Source: Euryarchaeota archaeon UBA36
GTDB lineage: Archaea; Thermoplasmatota; Poseidoniia; Poseidoniales; Thalassarchaeaceae
DNA: 34,900 bases
Assembly: GCA_002496485.1 (NCBI GenBank)
Contig: DAJW01000119.1
Span: 1-34,900, forward strand
Direction: 5' to 3'
Notes under the pieces: generated by a model
Database searches by the model: none
Told to the model about the DNA's origin: nothing
Seen by the model: the letters and a program-made list of their open reading frames with translations, nothing else
Part shown: positions 8,998-18,955 of the stretch, in pieces
Numbering within the stretch: the first letter of the stretch is position 1
How the letters are laid out: each line of letters starts with the position of its first letter
Position numbers and translations under genes: made by a program

Positions 8998-10161
8998 TTA
9001 GAAACTTTCCCCAAGTTCTCTACTGATTATTAATCTCTGAATTTGGCTTGTTCCTTCAAAAATTTGGTATATCTTAGCCCCCCTCATTCTCCTAGCAACC
9101 GGGTACTCTTCCGAATAACCATATCCACCCAAAATTTGTACAGCATCAGTAGTAACTTCCATACAAATATCTGCAGCAAATCTCTTAGCATGAGCAGCCT
9201 TCAAAGTAGCTCTTTCTCCATTATCAAGTGAGCTCGCTGCACTATAGGTCAGAAGTCTTGCAGCTTCTATCTTAGTAGCCATATCTGCGAGCATAAAAGA
9301 AATTGATTGGTGCTTTGATATTGGCTTTCCGAAAGTTTTTCTTTGATTTGCATATTTCCATGCTTCTTCCATTGCACCTCTGGCATTTCCAACCGCCGCC
9401 GCAGCCACTGCTGGCCTAGAATGATCGAAAGCCTTCATTGCATTCATCCAACCACCATTTTCCTTTTCTCCTACCAAATTTTTAGCAGGAACTCTAACAT
9501 CAGTAAAAGTCACTCCCCTTGTATCAGAACATCTCTGACCCATATTTTCTTCTTTCTTACCCAATTCTACTCCTTTGGTATCGGCATCTACGATAAATCC
9601 ACTCAAGCCCCTATATCCTGCATCTTTGTCAGTATATGCTAAAACAAAAAACCAATCAGCATATCCTGCTCCAGAAATCCATGCCTTAGTCCCATTAATG
9701 ATATATTCTTCACCATCTTTTTTCGCTTCAGTAGTTAATGCTTGTACATCAGATCCCGCATCAGGTTCTGTTACACAATAAGCAGCTAATTTACCATTTG
9801 ATACCCTGCCCAGATATTCCTTCTTTTGTTCTTCAGTACCTCCAGTCAAAATTGGATAAGAAGCTAACATTGTATGATAAGTTGCCGTTCCAAATCCAGC
9901 ATCCCCTCTAGATAATTCTTCACATATTATCATTTCATCCATTGCCGACATTCCCGGCCCTCCATATTTTTCAGGAATTGTTACATTTAGTAGTCCTAGT
10001 TGATGAGCTTTATTTATCGCCTCTAATGGATAAATTCCATGCTTATCCCATTCTTCTGCATTTGGTATTACTTCTTCATCACAAAACTCTCTCGCCATGT
10101 CGCGAATCATCTTTTGTTCTTCACTCAGTCTAAAGTCAACCATGCGTCTCGGAAGGACCAT
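8998..10161 (-). CDS. Acyl-CoA dehydrogenase (MCAD/butyryl-CoA DH-like); start probably ATG 10143
   Basis: YCVTEPDAGSD, NGTKAWIS, QILGGYGY and KIYQIFEGTSQIQR. Confidence 0.95.
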   Translation of the reverse strand: MVLPRRMVDFRLSEEQKMIRDMAREFCDEEVIPNAEEWDKHGIYPLEAINKAHQLGLLNVTIPEKYGGPGMSAMDEMIICEELSRGDAGFGTATYHTMLASYPILTGGTEEQKKEYLGRVSNGKLAAYCVTEPDAGSDVQALTTEAKKDGEEYIINGTKAWISGAGYADWFFVLAYTDKDAGYRGLSGFIVDADTKGVELGKKEENMGQRCSDTRGVTFTDVRVPAKNLVGEKENGGWMNAMKAFDHSRPAVAAAAVGNARGAMEEAWKYANQRKTFGKPISKHQSISFMLADMATKIEAARLLTYSAASSLDNGERATLKAAHAKRFAADICMEVTTDAVQILGGYGYSEEYPVARRMRGAKIYQIFEGTSQIQRLIISRELGESF

Positions 10162-10304
10162 ACATTTGAGTAGTTTCTGAATTTATTCATCGAATATAGA
10201 AGAAATTCAATTTTTTCATCCGGATAAAAATTAATCTGTACAATTCAACAATAATTTAGTCAAATAATAAGTGCATTCAAGAGTAACTAGTTAGGGAGAA
10301 TATC

Positions 10305-12044
10305 GTGAACATCCCAGATGAACTCCAATTTATGTTAGATGGAAATATTGGCCCAACTAAACAAAAGGCAGCTCGATTAGTCGTAGATTTAGCAGTAACT
10401 GCTAGAGTTAACGAGTTTATTAGGGTAGACAATGCTCATGTTTCCGGAGTTAGTGTCATTACTGGCGGGCATGGTCTAAGACGTTTTTTGAAAGATATAT
10501 CCAATGATCCGGATGGACAGGTCACTATACCCACAACTCTAAATTCTGCAGGTTGTGATAGTGAAAAGATTGAGGAGATGAATATTGATTATCCCGACTT
10601 TTTAGAACAACAATTTGAGATTATAGAATCTTATTCTAAATTAGGAATCGATGCGATTTTATCATGTACTCCATATGACAAAGATACTGAGACACTAAGT
10701 GGTATTGGCTCATGGGCCGAATCAAACGCAGTTTGTTTTTCTAATTCTTATACCTCTTTGACTACTAATAGGGAATCAGGGCTTTCGGCACTCGCTACGG
10801 CAATAACTGGATGGGCTCCAAAATGGGGATTACATATACAAAAAAATCTACTTCCAAACATCTTAGTAGATGTCAAGTGTGAAATGAATGATCCTACAGA
10901 TTGGAGTATATTAGGGGACTGGATTGGAAAAAATATCAACCCTAGCTGGAATCTACCATGGGGCCCTATGCCACAAATAGTTGGACTTTCTGGAGCTAAC
11001 TTTGAAAAGAAAAAGGCATTAACTGCATCCGCTGCAAATTATGGATGTCCAATTTTATGGATTGACGGTATTACTAACATTCCGCCGTCCAATAAATATG
11101 AAGGCCAACTAATTTTTGATAAATCCGATTTAGAATCAAGATATTCTGAACTTTCTCCAATTGGACAAGTAGATTTAGTTGTGATTGGATGCCCTCAAGC
11201 TAGTGTAGGTGAGGCTAGAGCCACTGCAGCAGCAGTAAGAACGCAAATGGAATTAGGGAATCGAATTCCAGATAATAGACTATGGCTATTTATGAGCGGA
11301 CAAAATTATCTTTCAATCGAAGCCGATGGCACCTTAGAACTTCTCGAAGAAGCGGGGGCGCTAGTTCTCAAAGATACATGTCCCGAAGTTACGCCTTATA
11401 ATCGAGAAAAATATAATCATTTACTAACAAACTCTCTTAAGGCTGAACATTATTTAACCAGTGGATTAAATAATATGCCAACTAGTGTTTCTAAAATTCA
11501 AGATTGCGTCGCTCATGCGTTCAATCCATCTTTATCCAAAGGCCCCCGACCAGAATTACATTCAAAAAAACCCAAACAAATTATTTCTACAAAAATAGCA
11601 AAATATGGAAATTTTCAATCCCAAGGAAAAGGTATTCCTAGCCAGAATCATTGGACTTTATCCGGGAAGGCTTTGGTCACCGATATTCCGATTACCTACT
11701 TGGGATATGTAAACAGGGATTCAGGAGTCATTGAGGAGCCTGGTCACCCACTGGATGGGAAATCAATTTCCGACACCATTCTAATTTATCCCAAAGGATC
11801 AGGATCGACAGTAGCTCCATTTGTGCTTATGGGATTGATATATACAAATAAGGGCCCTAAGGCCATAATAAACAGGGATGTCTGCCCCTTAACTCTTCCA
11901 GCAGTTTCTTTGCTTGATGTTCCTTATGCACACAACTTTGAAACAGACCCAACAATGGAGATTAATACCGGAGATGATATTACCATGTCACTAAAAGATG
12001 GAGAAGTGACTATTTCAGTAATTTCAAGAGTAACCGAGGTTTGA
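10305..12044 (+). CDS. Aconitase X, catalytic and swivel domains fused; probable phosphomevalonate dehydratase
   Basis: AHVSGVS, SCTPY, WAESNAV, IGCPQ and DTCP in the catalytic part. C-terminal GKALV...GHPLDGKS...PKGSGSTV swivel part. Confidence 0.85.
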   Translation: MNIPDELQFMLDGNIGPTKQKAARLVVDLAVTARVNEFIRVDNAHVSGVSVITGGHGLRRFLKDISNDPDGQVTIPTTLNSAGCDSEKIEEMNIDYPDFLEQQFEIIESYSKLGIDAILSCTPYDKDTETLSGIGSWAESNAVCFSNSYTSLTTNRESGLSALATAITGWAPKWGLHIQKNLLPNILVDVKCEMNDPTDWSILGDWIGKNINPSWNLPWGPMPQIVGLSGANFEKKKALTASAANYGCPILWIDGITNIPPSNKYEGQLIFDKSDLESRYSELSPIGQVDLVVIGCPQASVGEARATAAAVRTQMELGNRIPDNRLWLFMSGQNYLSIEADGTLELLEEAGALVLKDTCPEVTPYNREKYNHLLTNSLKAEHYLTSGLNNMPTSVSKIQDCVAHAFNPSLSKGPRPELHSKKPKQIISTKIAKYGNFQSQGKGIPSQNHWTLSGKALVTDIPITYLGYVNRDSGVIEEPGHPLDGKSISDTILIYPKGSGSTVAPFVLMGLIYTNKGPKAIINRDVCPLTLPAVSLLDVPYAHNFETDPTMEINTGDDITMSLKDGEVTISVISRVTEV

Positions 12045-14191
12045 TGTCTAAAAACCCTCACCATGGCAATATGGCAACCCGAACCGAGCCAGAGAAATGT
12101 AGAGATCAAGACCTAGGTTTATTTGAAATAATATCTAGAGATTCTTATGCAAGAATAGGTAGATTGCATACAGCACATGGATTGATGACAACTCCAATGT
12201 TACTTCCAGTTGTTAATCCAAATATCAGAACAATCGAACCCAGAGAAATGTGGGAAAAGTATGGTATTGAGGCATTAATTACTAATTCATATGTCATTTG
12301 GAAACATGATGATTTAAGGACGGAAGCAAAGAAAAATGGCATCCATCAGCTAATAGATTTCCCAGGAATAATTGTAACTGATTCTGGAACATTCCAATCA
12401 TATATTTACGGAGATGTGGAAGTGGGAGTGGAAGAAATCATTCAATTCCAAAAAGACATTGGAGTAGATATAGGAACTATTCTCGATGTATTCGGAAGGC
12501 CTGATATGCCTTTTGATGAATTAGATAAATCCGTAATCGAAACATCGTCAAGAGCAAAAAAATCTTTAGAAGTTTCGGGTGAAAAGCTACTATTGAATGG
12601 ACCAATTCAGGGTGGCACTTATCAAGAATTAAGGATTAAGTCAGCTCAATTGATGAGCGAATTACAAGGACCATTCAGGGGATTTACTATTCATCCGATT
12701 GGCGGAATTGTCCCCCTGATGGAACAACAAAGGTATAAGGAACTTTTTTCAATATTAATAGCATCTAAATCATCTCTACCACCAGATAGGCCAATTCACC
12801 TATTCGGTTGCGGTCATCCCTTACTTTTCCCCCTCTCAATAGCTCTTGGCGTGGATATTTTTGATAGTGCTGCATATGCAATTTTTGCTAGAGATGATAG
12901 AATCTTAACCCCTACTGGAACTCTGAAACTTGATGACCTAAAAGAATGGCCATTTTCATCAAATGCACTATTTGGGACCACTCCAGCTCAAGTTCGTTCC
13001 ATGAACAAAGAGGAAAAAACAATTCTCCTATCCCATCATAACTTAGAAGTGACACAGGCAGAATTAGCACGATGTAGAGAGGCCATAAGAATGGGTACAA
13101 TTTGGCAACTTGCTGAACAAAGAAGCCATTCATCTCCACAGTTGAGAGAAGCATTTGAATGGATACTAGATCAACTAGATAATCCGGAAGAAGGACCTAT
13201 TGGTGATACAATATTAGAATTAATGGGTAGTAGTAATCCAATAAGGAGTGGCGGGGAGCAAATTAGTGAGGATATCGAATTCAGACCTCATATATTACAT
13301 ATCCAAGCACTTCTAGCTACTAGGTGGCGGTTTCCAGGATCTTGGTGGAATGGTAAAAGTGGACCACCAGAGAGAGTGATTATTCTGGAAGGATTCCAAC
13401 CACCATGGCGAAATTCAGCCAAAGAAAAAATTATTCAATTACTAGATGAGATACCGGAAACAGTCATTCTAATATTAACTCCGTTAGGGCTAATTCCCTA
13501 TACTATCGAGGATTTATCTCCTTGGTGCCATCTAAATGGACCTAATGATATGTGGAATGATTCGTTATTTGACTATGAGGTGGAAGAATTACTATCTGAA
13601 CTTGGATTATCAAGCTACTCTTATACAATAATAAACAAAAATGATGAAGATATATCTGAAGTAAAAACATCTCCAGAAATCAGAAAATGGCTAGATAGAT
13701 GCTCAATTGTTGATAAACTTTCAATTTTATGCGGACTCCATCCACTAGAAGGTTGTAAATTTACTGAAAATATGACCTCTAGAAAATCAAGTACTGATAG
13801 GATGGTGAATATCTTTTCAGATGAAAAGCATGTACTCTCACCGAGATTAACTGATGGCGGTATTTCACTAACCATCGATGGAGCAAAGAAATTACTCGAT
13901 CTCAATCAAAACCCCCTGCCAGATTTTAATCAACTTCCCTCAGATGAGATCTTTCCGGGAATCCCAAGGGTTAGGATTGTTGACGATGCAATCCCATTTG
14001 TTGGTAAGGGTAGGAATGTTATGCATGGATATATTCTGGGGGCAGATCCCCATTTAATTCCAGGACAACAATGCATAGTAATATCTTCTTCAGGAGAATT
14101 AATTGCACATGGAATAGCAATTACTACATCTTTAGAAATGAGGTATATGAAAAAGGGAATTGCTGTAAAGGTCAAGAATGGAAATTTATAG
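12044..14191 (+). CDS. tgtA: Archaeosine tRNA-guanine(15) transglycosylase with C-terminal PUA domain
   Basis: TDSGTFQ, GPIQGG, PIGGIVPLME, HLFGCGHP and DIFDSAAY, plus PUA-like PFVGKGRNV...AVKVK. ATG 12044 overlaps the AcnX stop (TGATG). Confidence 0.93.
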   Translation: MSKNPHHGNMATRTEPEKCRDQDLGLFEIISRDSYARIGRLHTAHGLMTTPMLLPVVNPNIRTIEPREMWEKYGIEALITNSYVIWKHDDLRTEAKKNGIHQLIDFPGIIVTDSGTFQSYIYGDVEVGVEEIIQFQKDIGVDIGTILDVFGRPDMPFDELDKSVIETSSRAKKSLEVSGEKLLLNGPIQGGTYQELRIKSAQLMSELQGPFRGFTIHPIGGIVPLMEQQRYKELFSILIASKSSLPPDRPIHLFGCGHPLLFPLSIALGVDIFDSAAYAIFARDDRILTPTGTLKLDDLKEWPFSSNALFGTTPAQVRSMNKEEKTILLSHHNLEVTQAELARCREAIRMGTIWQLAEQRSHSSPQLREAFEWILDQLDNPEEGPIGDTILELMGSSNPIRSGGEQISEDIEFRPHILHIQALLATRWRFPGSWWNGKSGPPERVIILEGFQPPWRNSAKEKIIQLLDEIPETVILILTPLGLIPYTIEDLSPWCHLNGPNDMWNDSLFDYEVEELLSELGLSSYSYTIINKNDEDISEVKTSPEIRKWLDRCSIVDKLSILCGLHPLEGCKFTENMTSRKSSTDRMVNIFSDEKHVLSPRLTDGGISLTIDGAKKLLDLNQNPLPDFNQLPSDEIFPGIPRVRIVDDAIPFVGKGRNVMHGYILGADPHLIPGQQCIVISSSGELIAHGIAITTSLEMRYMKKGIAVKVKNGNL

Positions 14192-14233
14192 GAAAATTTA
14201 TTTCAGCTTTTTAGGGATTGCTTCAAGTGATTA

Positions 14234-15301
14234 GTGCCTAACCGTTACACATTATTGAAGGAGCTGAGGCGCCACTTGATTGAAAATCACCAAGATTCAT
14301 CATCCAAAAATGGGGATAATTTATCACAAGAGAATTTTGTAATTGAAGCCAAAGGGCTAAGAAAAATGTATGGCCCTCATTTAGCCCTTGATGATGTGAA
14401 TTTGAGTATTCCATCTGGAGCAATTGGCATTCTCGGACCAAATGGTGCTGGAAAGTCAACCCTATTCAAATGTCTATTGGGACTTATTGGTACCACTTCA
14501 GGCGAGGGAACAGTTTTGGGTTATGATATTAAGACTGAAGGAGAAAAAATTAGATCAAGAATTGGATATATGCCAGAGTATAATGCCTTAGATTCTGGGT
14601 TAATTGCTATCGATCAGGTTAGATATTGTGGCGAGTTACTCGGAATGAATTCAAAGGTTGCAGCACAGCGCGCTCACGAAGTTCTTGAGTACGTAGGACT
14701 AAAGGAACAAAGGTATAGAAAAATCGAGACATTCAGTACTGGGATGCTTCAAGCAACTAAATTAGCATGCGCTTTAATCCATGACCCCGATATCCTAATT
14801 TGTGATGAGCCAACTAATGGGTTAGATAAAAGGGCGAGAAAATTCATGTTAAAGACATTAAAAAGAACTGTCCAACAAGGAAATAGAACCGTGTTGATGA
14901 GTAGTCACGTAATGGATGATGTCCAAGAGGTTTGTGATAGAATAGTTCTCATACATAAGGGCAAAATAGTGGTACAAAGAAGTATTGGTGAATTAGTTAA
15001 CCAAGTAGAAAGAGAAATTGAAATTATGATTTGGGGTGGTGCCAGTAAAATGGAAGAATCATTAATTTCCAAAAATCTATCAGTCAGAAGATTAGGGAGA
15101 ATTATTAGAATAAAGATTGAAGATGAAGAAACAATAAAAAAAGTACTGGAGTCAGCCGTAGAATCCGAAGTACAAATAAGACAATTAAAAGAATATGAGC
15201 CCGATTTAGAAGATATTTTCTTACTAATAATGGATAAACTCGGGTCAGAAATTAAAGGTAGTTCAGAATTAATGACTCCAGATCATAAAGGTGGATTTTA
15301 A
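14234..15301 (+). CDS. ABC transporter ATP-binding protein (ABC-2 type)
   Basis: Walker A GPNGAGKST, signature FSTGM, Walker B ILICDEP and H-loop SSH. Confidence 0.95.
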   Translation: MPNRYTLLKELRRHLIENHQDSSSKNGDNLSQENFVIEAKGLRKMYGPHLALDDVNLSIPSGAIGILGPNGAGKSTLFKCLLGLIGTTSGEGTVLGYDIKTEGEKIRSRIGYMPEYNALDSGLIAIDQVRYCGELLGMNSKVAAQRAHEVLEYVGLKEQRYRKIETFSTGMLQATKLACALIHDPDILICDEPTNGLDKRARKFMLKTLKRTVQQGNRTVLMSSHVMDDVQEVCDRIVLIHKGKIVVQRSIGELVNQVEREIEIMIWGGASKMEESLISKNLSVRRLGRIIRIKIEDEETIKKVLESAVESEVQIRQLKEYEPDLEDIFLLIMDKLGSEIKGSSELMTPDHKGGF

Positions 15302-16312
15302 GTGGAAGATAGCGTAGATTTAGGTGGTGGCCAAACAAGGATGGAAGTGGCCTTTGGGGCTGGAGATGGTGATGAAGAAGCATCTGCTGTTGTTACAAAA
15401 TCGGACACAAAATTAGGGTCAATTTTCAATCAACAATACAGGACATGGGAAGGGAGTTTGGGGCCAAGATGGGTAAGAAATTATGCAATCTATAGGCACC
15501 ATGTCTACGGCCTTTTGACTAGCAAAGGTCACAGATATTATCATCCGATGGTAAGATTATTGATTCTAGTAATTTTTATCGGTGCATTAACTCCAGTTCC
15601 AATGTTGTTCCTATCATCCTTACTGGGTGGTGAAGATGGAGGTTTCATATCAAAAATGTGGGGCATAAACAGATATAATCTATGGGGCCAAGTTTTGGGT
15701 TATTTTCCAAGAAATATGTGTTTTTGGCCACTCCTAACTGCATTAGTAGTGGGTGGAATGATTTCAGATGACAGAAAGAATGGCACTAGTGCGATATATT
15801 TCTCTAGGCCCGTAACCCGTTTTGATTACACTTCAATGAAATATCTTAGTGTGGCTGTTATTTTGGGTTTTGTTATAGTTTTCTCATATTTCTTATACTA
15901 TACTAGTGCTATTGTTTTCAGGGGGGAAGGATGGGCATTTCTAGCCGATACTCTCCCAATTTTCATCGGTGGGATGATAGCAGGAATAATATTGGTGATT
16001 ACATACACATCAATCGGCCTAGCTCTATCTAGCATAAGTCAGAGTAGATTTTTTGCTGCAATTGGATTCTTAAGTGTAATTTACGGTACAAAATTAGTAT
16101 CACTATTAGTTGAACTACAATTCGAAAACACTATTCTTTACATTATCAGCCCCTATGATTGCCTTGCTCACGTAGGACAATTCTTAGTAGGTTTACCACC
16201 AAATTATGATCATCCACTATCATTTTCAATACTTTCATTACTATTAATAAATACACTTTCATTAGGACTATTAATTTCTCGTGTTTCTTCTTTGGAGGTT
16301 ACCAGAGAATGA
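15302..16312 (+). CDS. ABC-2 type permease
   Basis: About 6 TM helices; ISDDRKNGTSAIYFSRPVTR motif. Confidence 0.88.
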   Translation: MEDSVDLGGGQTRMEVAFGAGDGDEEASAVVTKSDTKLGSIFNQQYRTWEGSLGPRWVRNYAIYRHHVYGLLTSKGHRYYHPMVRLLILVIFIGALTPVPMLFLSSLLGGEDGGFISKMWGINRYNLWGQVLGYFPRNMCFWPLLTALVVGGMISDDRKNGTSAIYFSRPVTRFDYTSMKYLSVAVILGFVIVFSYFLYYTSAIVFRGEGWAFLADTLPIFIGGMIAGIILVITYTSIGLALSSISQSRFFAAIGFLSVIYGTKLVSLLVELQFENTILYIISPYDCLAHVGQFLVGLPPNYDHPLSFSILSLLLINTLSLGLLISRVSSLEVTRE

Positions 16313-17262
16313 CAATACAAAATCAACCTATACCAACCGTACTATTGGATAAAGTATCAAAATTATATGGCCAGGTTATAGGAATAAATGAAGTCTCACT
16401 AGCCATAGATGGTGGAGTTACAGGTATTTTAGGTGCGAACGGAGCAGGAAAATCAACGCTATTCAAATTATTAATGGGTAGATTGAAACCCACTCAGGGC
16501 TCAGTAAGATTATTCGGAATCAATCCATGGAGTAACTCCGCTCCCTACAGGAAGATTGGTTATGTTAGCGAATCAGAAAGGCTTTACGATTGGATGACTG
16601 CATTAGATTTCGTTTCAACTCTAGCTAGGCTACATGGAATGACACGAGATGAGGCCAGAGATAGAACTGAGCATGTACTTAATTTTGTAGGACTTGATGA
16701 TGTAATGCATAAAGAAGTAGGAAAATATAGTAAAGGGATGAGGCAAAGAGTAAAAATTGCTCATGCACTTGTACATGACCCCGACTTAATAGTATTAGAT
16801 GAACCTCTCCATGGCTGTGACCCAATTGCAAGAACTAGTATTATGAGTGTAATTAGAGAATTAGGAAATCAGGGAAAAACCGTATTAGTATCAAGTCACA
16901 TATTACAAGAAATAGAAAGGATTACAGAACAAATAGTTATCATACATAATGGAAAACTTCTAGCTATTGGAAATCTACATGCTATTAGGGATTTGCTTGA
17001 TAACCACCCACATAGAATACTAATAAAATGTGAAAATCCTAGGTCACTTGCAGCCCAATTTATTGAGAGAGATCCAGTATACGGTGTAAGATTTCCGAAT
17101 GAAGGCGAGTTAGAAATTCAAACAAATAATTTATCTAAGGCCCATTCGATTCTGCCATCAATAATTTTACAATCAAATCAAGAAATATCTTCAATCGAGA
17201 ATCCTGATGATAACCTAGATTCTCTACTTGGTTACTTAATAGGAGATGCAAATAATGGATAA
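16309..17262 (+). CDS. ABC transporter ATP-binding protein (ABC-2 type)
   Basis: GANGAGKST, YSKGMRQR, IVLDEP and SSH. Confidence 0.95.
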   Translation: MTIQNQPIPTVLLDKVSKLYGQVIGINEVSLAIDGGVTGILGANGAGKSTLFKLLMGRLKPTQGSVRLFGINPWSNSAPYRKIGYVSESERLYDWMTALDFVSTLARLHGMTRDEARDRTEHVLNFVGLDDVMHKEVGKYSKGMRQRVKIAHALVHDPDLIVLDEPLHGCDPIARTSIMSVIRELGNQGKTVLVSSHILQEIERITEQIVIIHNGKLLAIGNLHAIRDLLDNHPHRILIKCENPRSLAAQFIERDPVYGVRFPNEGELEIQTNNLSKAHSILPSIILQSNQEISSIENPDDNLDSLLGYLIGDANNG

Positions 17263-18955
17263 AAAAATACCAACTCTAGCCGATACAGTATGGACCAGAC
17301 TCGATAGAAAAGCGGGAGCAATTATTGAATTAACTGCTAGACAATTAAGAAATCGAATATCTACTTGGGTAGTACTCGGTATGGGAATGGCTCTAATGGC
17401 ATTATTATTGCTGTTCTATGTAGATTCGATTAGACAATCATTTGAACCGATTGATAATGATGGCGACAGTGTCGATGAAGATAATGATGGCTACCCATTA
17501 GGTCAAGAATTGAAGTATGGAACTAGTGATTTCGATGCATCGTCTTATCCTGGCTCTGGTTTTTATATTCCTGAAGATGAGATTGACTGGAACGATGATA
17601 CCAGATCATTTTATGGAAATAAAACTTGGAATGGAGCGGCATTTTTCGAGTATGAATGGATTGATTACTCATATAGCGGAGATTGGTGGGATGAAATAGT
17701 AGATTGGGAATCGGAAATATCCACATGCCCTGATGGGCAAGTATTCATCGATTGGCAACCAAGATATGCTGAGGCATGCATAGTGGCCGATGATGAATAT
17801 TTCATTTACGGGAAGTGGAAAGGAAAAGGTCGAGCCACCGTTCCTGAGGATTGGGAACTTCGATGGGGATATTATTCACAATCATTCGATGTAGTTCCAG
17901 ATCCACCTGAGATGTATATCGATGAAGATGATATTGATTGCTTTGATACAGACGGAAATAGGGTCGATTGTCCATCCGGAACAAAATTAGGCGGATCACA
18001 TGGATTCGACAATGATGGAGACTGCTTAAGAGATGGATATCAATTTTCAGAAAACTATGGCTTCATCTATGATTATAACTATTATCAATTTCAAGATGAT
18101 AGAAATGGAAATGGAGTTAGATGTGATGTTTATTGGTATGTGGATGCAGACGGAAATGAAGTTATGGGCATTTCTGCGGATGATAATGTAGATGAGGATC
18201 CAGATGATGAAAGATATGTGGGTGAATTAAGTCATAGAACATTCATAATTGGCGTAGGTAAGATGGCATTTATCATACTATTAGGACTCTTCATTCCTTT
18301 ATTTCTTTCTTTGGGCCTTGTTAGGGATGAAACTGAAAATGGAACTTTACATTTCTTATTATCAAAACCTATTCATAGAGGGGAATTCATTCTATATCGA
18401 TTACTAGGATATCTAGCAATTGTTGCATCTTATGTAATAGTTTTAGCGTTAGTCGTCGGACTAATTACAGCTACTTTAGGCCCAGGAGATCAGTTTTTTA
18501 GATTCTCAGACTTACCAGTATGGCTAGGAATAGGAATTTCAACTACGTTTGTACTAGCAGCATATGGTGCATTATTCAATACAATGGGACTAATTTCACC
18601 AAAATATGGCGTTTATTTTTGTATAATTTTCGGAATTTGGGAATTTATGATGGGGACATTTTCTATAATTAACCCCAATTGGACAGTCTCTAGTATTTCA
18701 ATTACTCATTGGGCTTTACAAATGATTGATGCAATTGTTTTGATGGCTTGGCCAGATACTTTACAGTGGGCAGAAATAGGCGAGGCCTTCAATATTGAAA
18801 CCGGCCTTTCTTTTTTCTGGCATCCACCGGTCCATACTTTAGGCACCCAGTCTCCGGGAGTAGCGTTATTAATTAGCACAATAGTTCTATTGTTAGTCTC
18901 ATTCTCTATGATAGGAATTGGCCAATCAGTATTTAGCAAGAGGGAAATAATGTGA
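17255..18955 (+). CDS. ABC-2 type permease with a large acidic extracytoplasmic insertion
   Basis: VRDETENGTLHFLLSKPIHR motif and TM helices, with a ~270-aa Asp/aromatic-rich loop after TM1. GGAGA spacing favours ATG 17255 over 17246. Confidence 0.88.
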   Translation: MDKKIPTLADTVWTRLDRKAGAIIELTARQLRNRISTWVVLGMGMALMALLLLFYVDSIRQSFEPIDNDGDSVDEDNDGYPLGQELKYGTSDFDASSYPGSGFYIPEDEIDWNDDTRSFYGNKTWNGAAFFEYEWIDYSYSGDWWDEIVDWESEISTCPDGQVFIDWQPRYAEACIVADDEYFIYGKWKGKGRATVPEDWELRWGYYSQSFDVVPDPPEMYIDEDDIDCFDTDGNRVDCPSGTKLGGSHGFDNDGDCLRDGYQFSENYGFIYDYNYYQFQDDRNGNGVRCDVYWYVDADGNEVMGISADDNVDEDPDDERYVGELSHRTFIIGVGKMAFIILLGLFIPLFLSLGLVRDETENGTLHFLLSKPIHRGEFILYRLLGYLAIVASYVIVLALVVGLITATLGPGDQFFRFSDLPVWLGIGISTTFVLAAYGALFNTMGLISPKYGVYFCIIFGIWEFMMGTFSIINPNWTVSSISITHWALQMIDAIVLMAWPDTLQWAEIGEAFNIETGLSFFWHPPVHTLGTQSPGVALLISTIVLLLVSFSMIGIGQSVFSKREIM

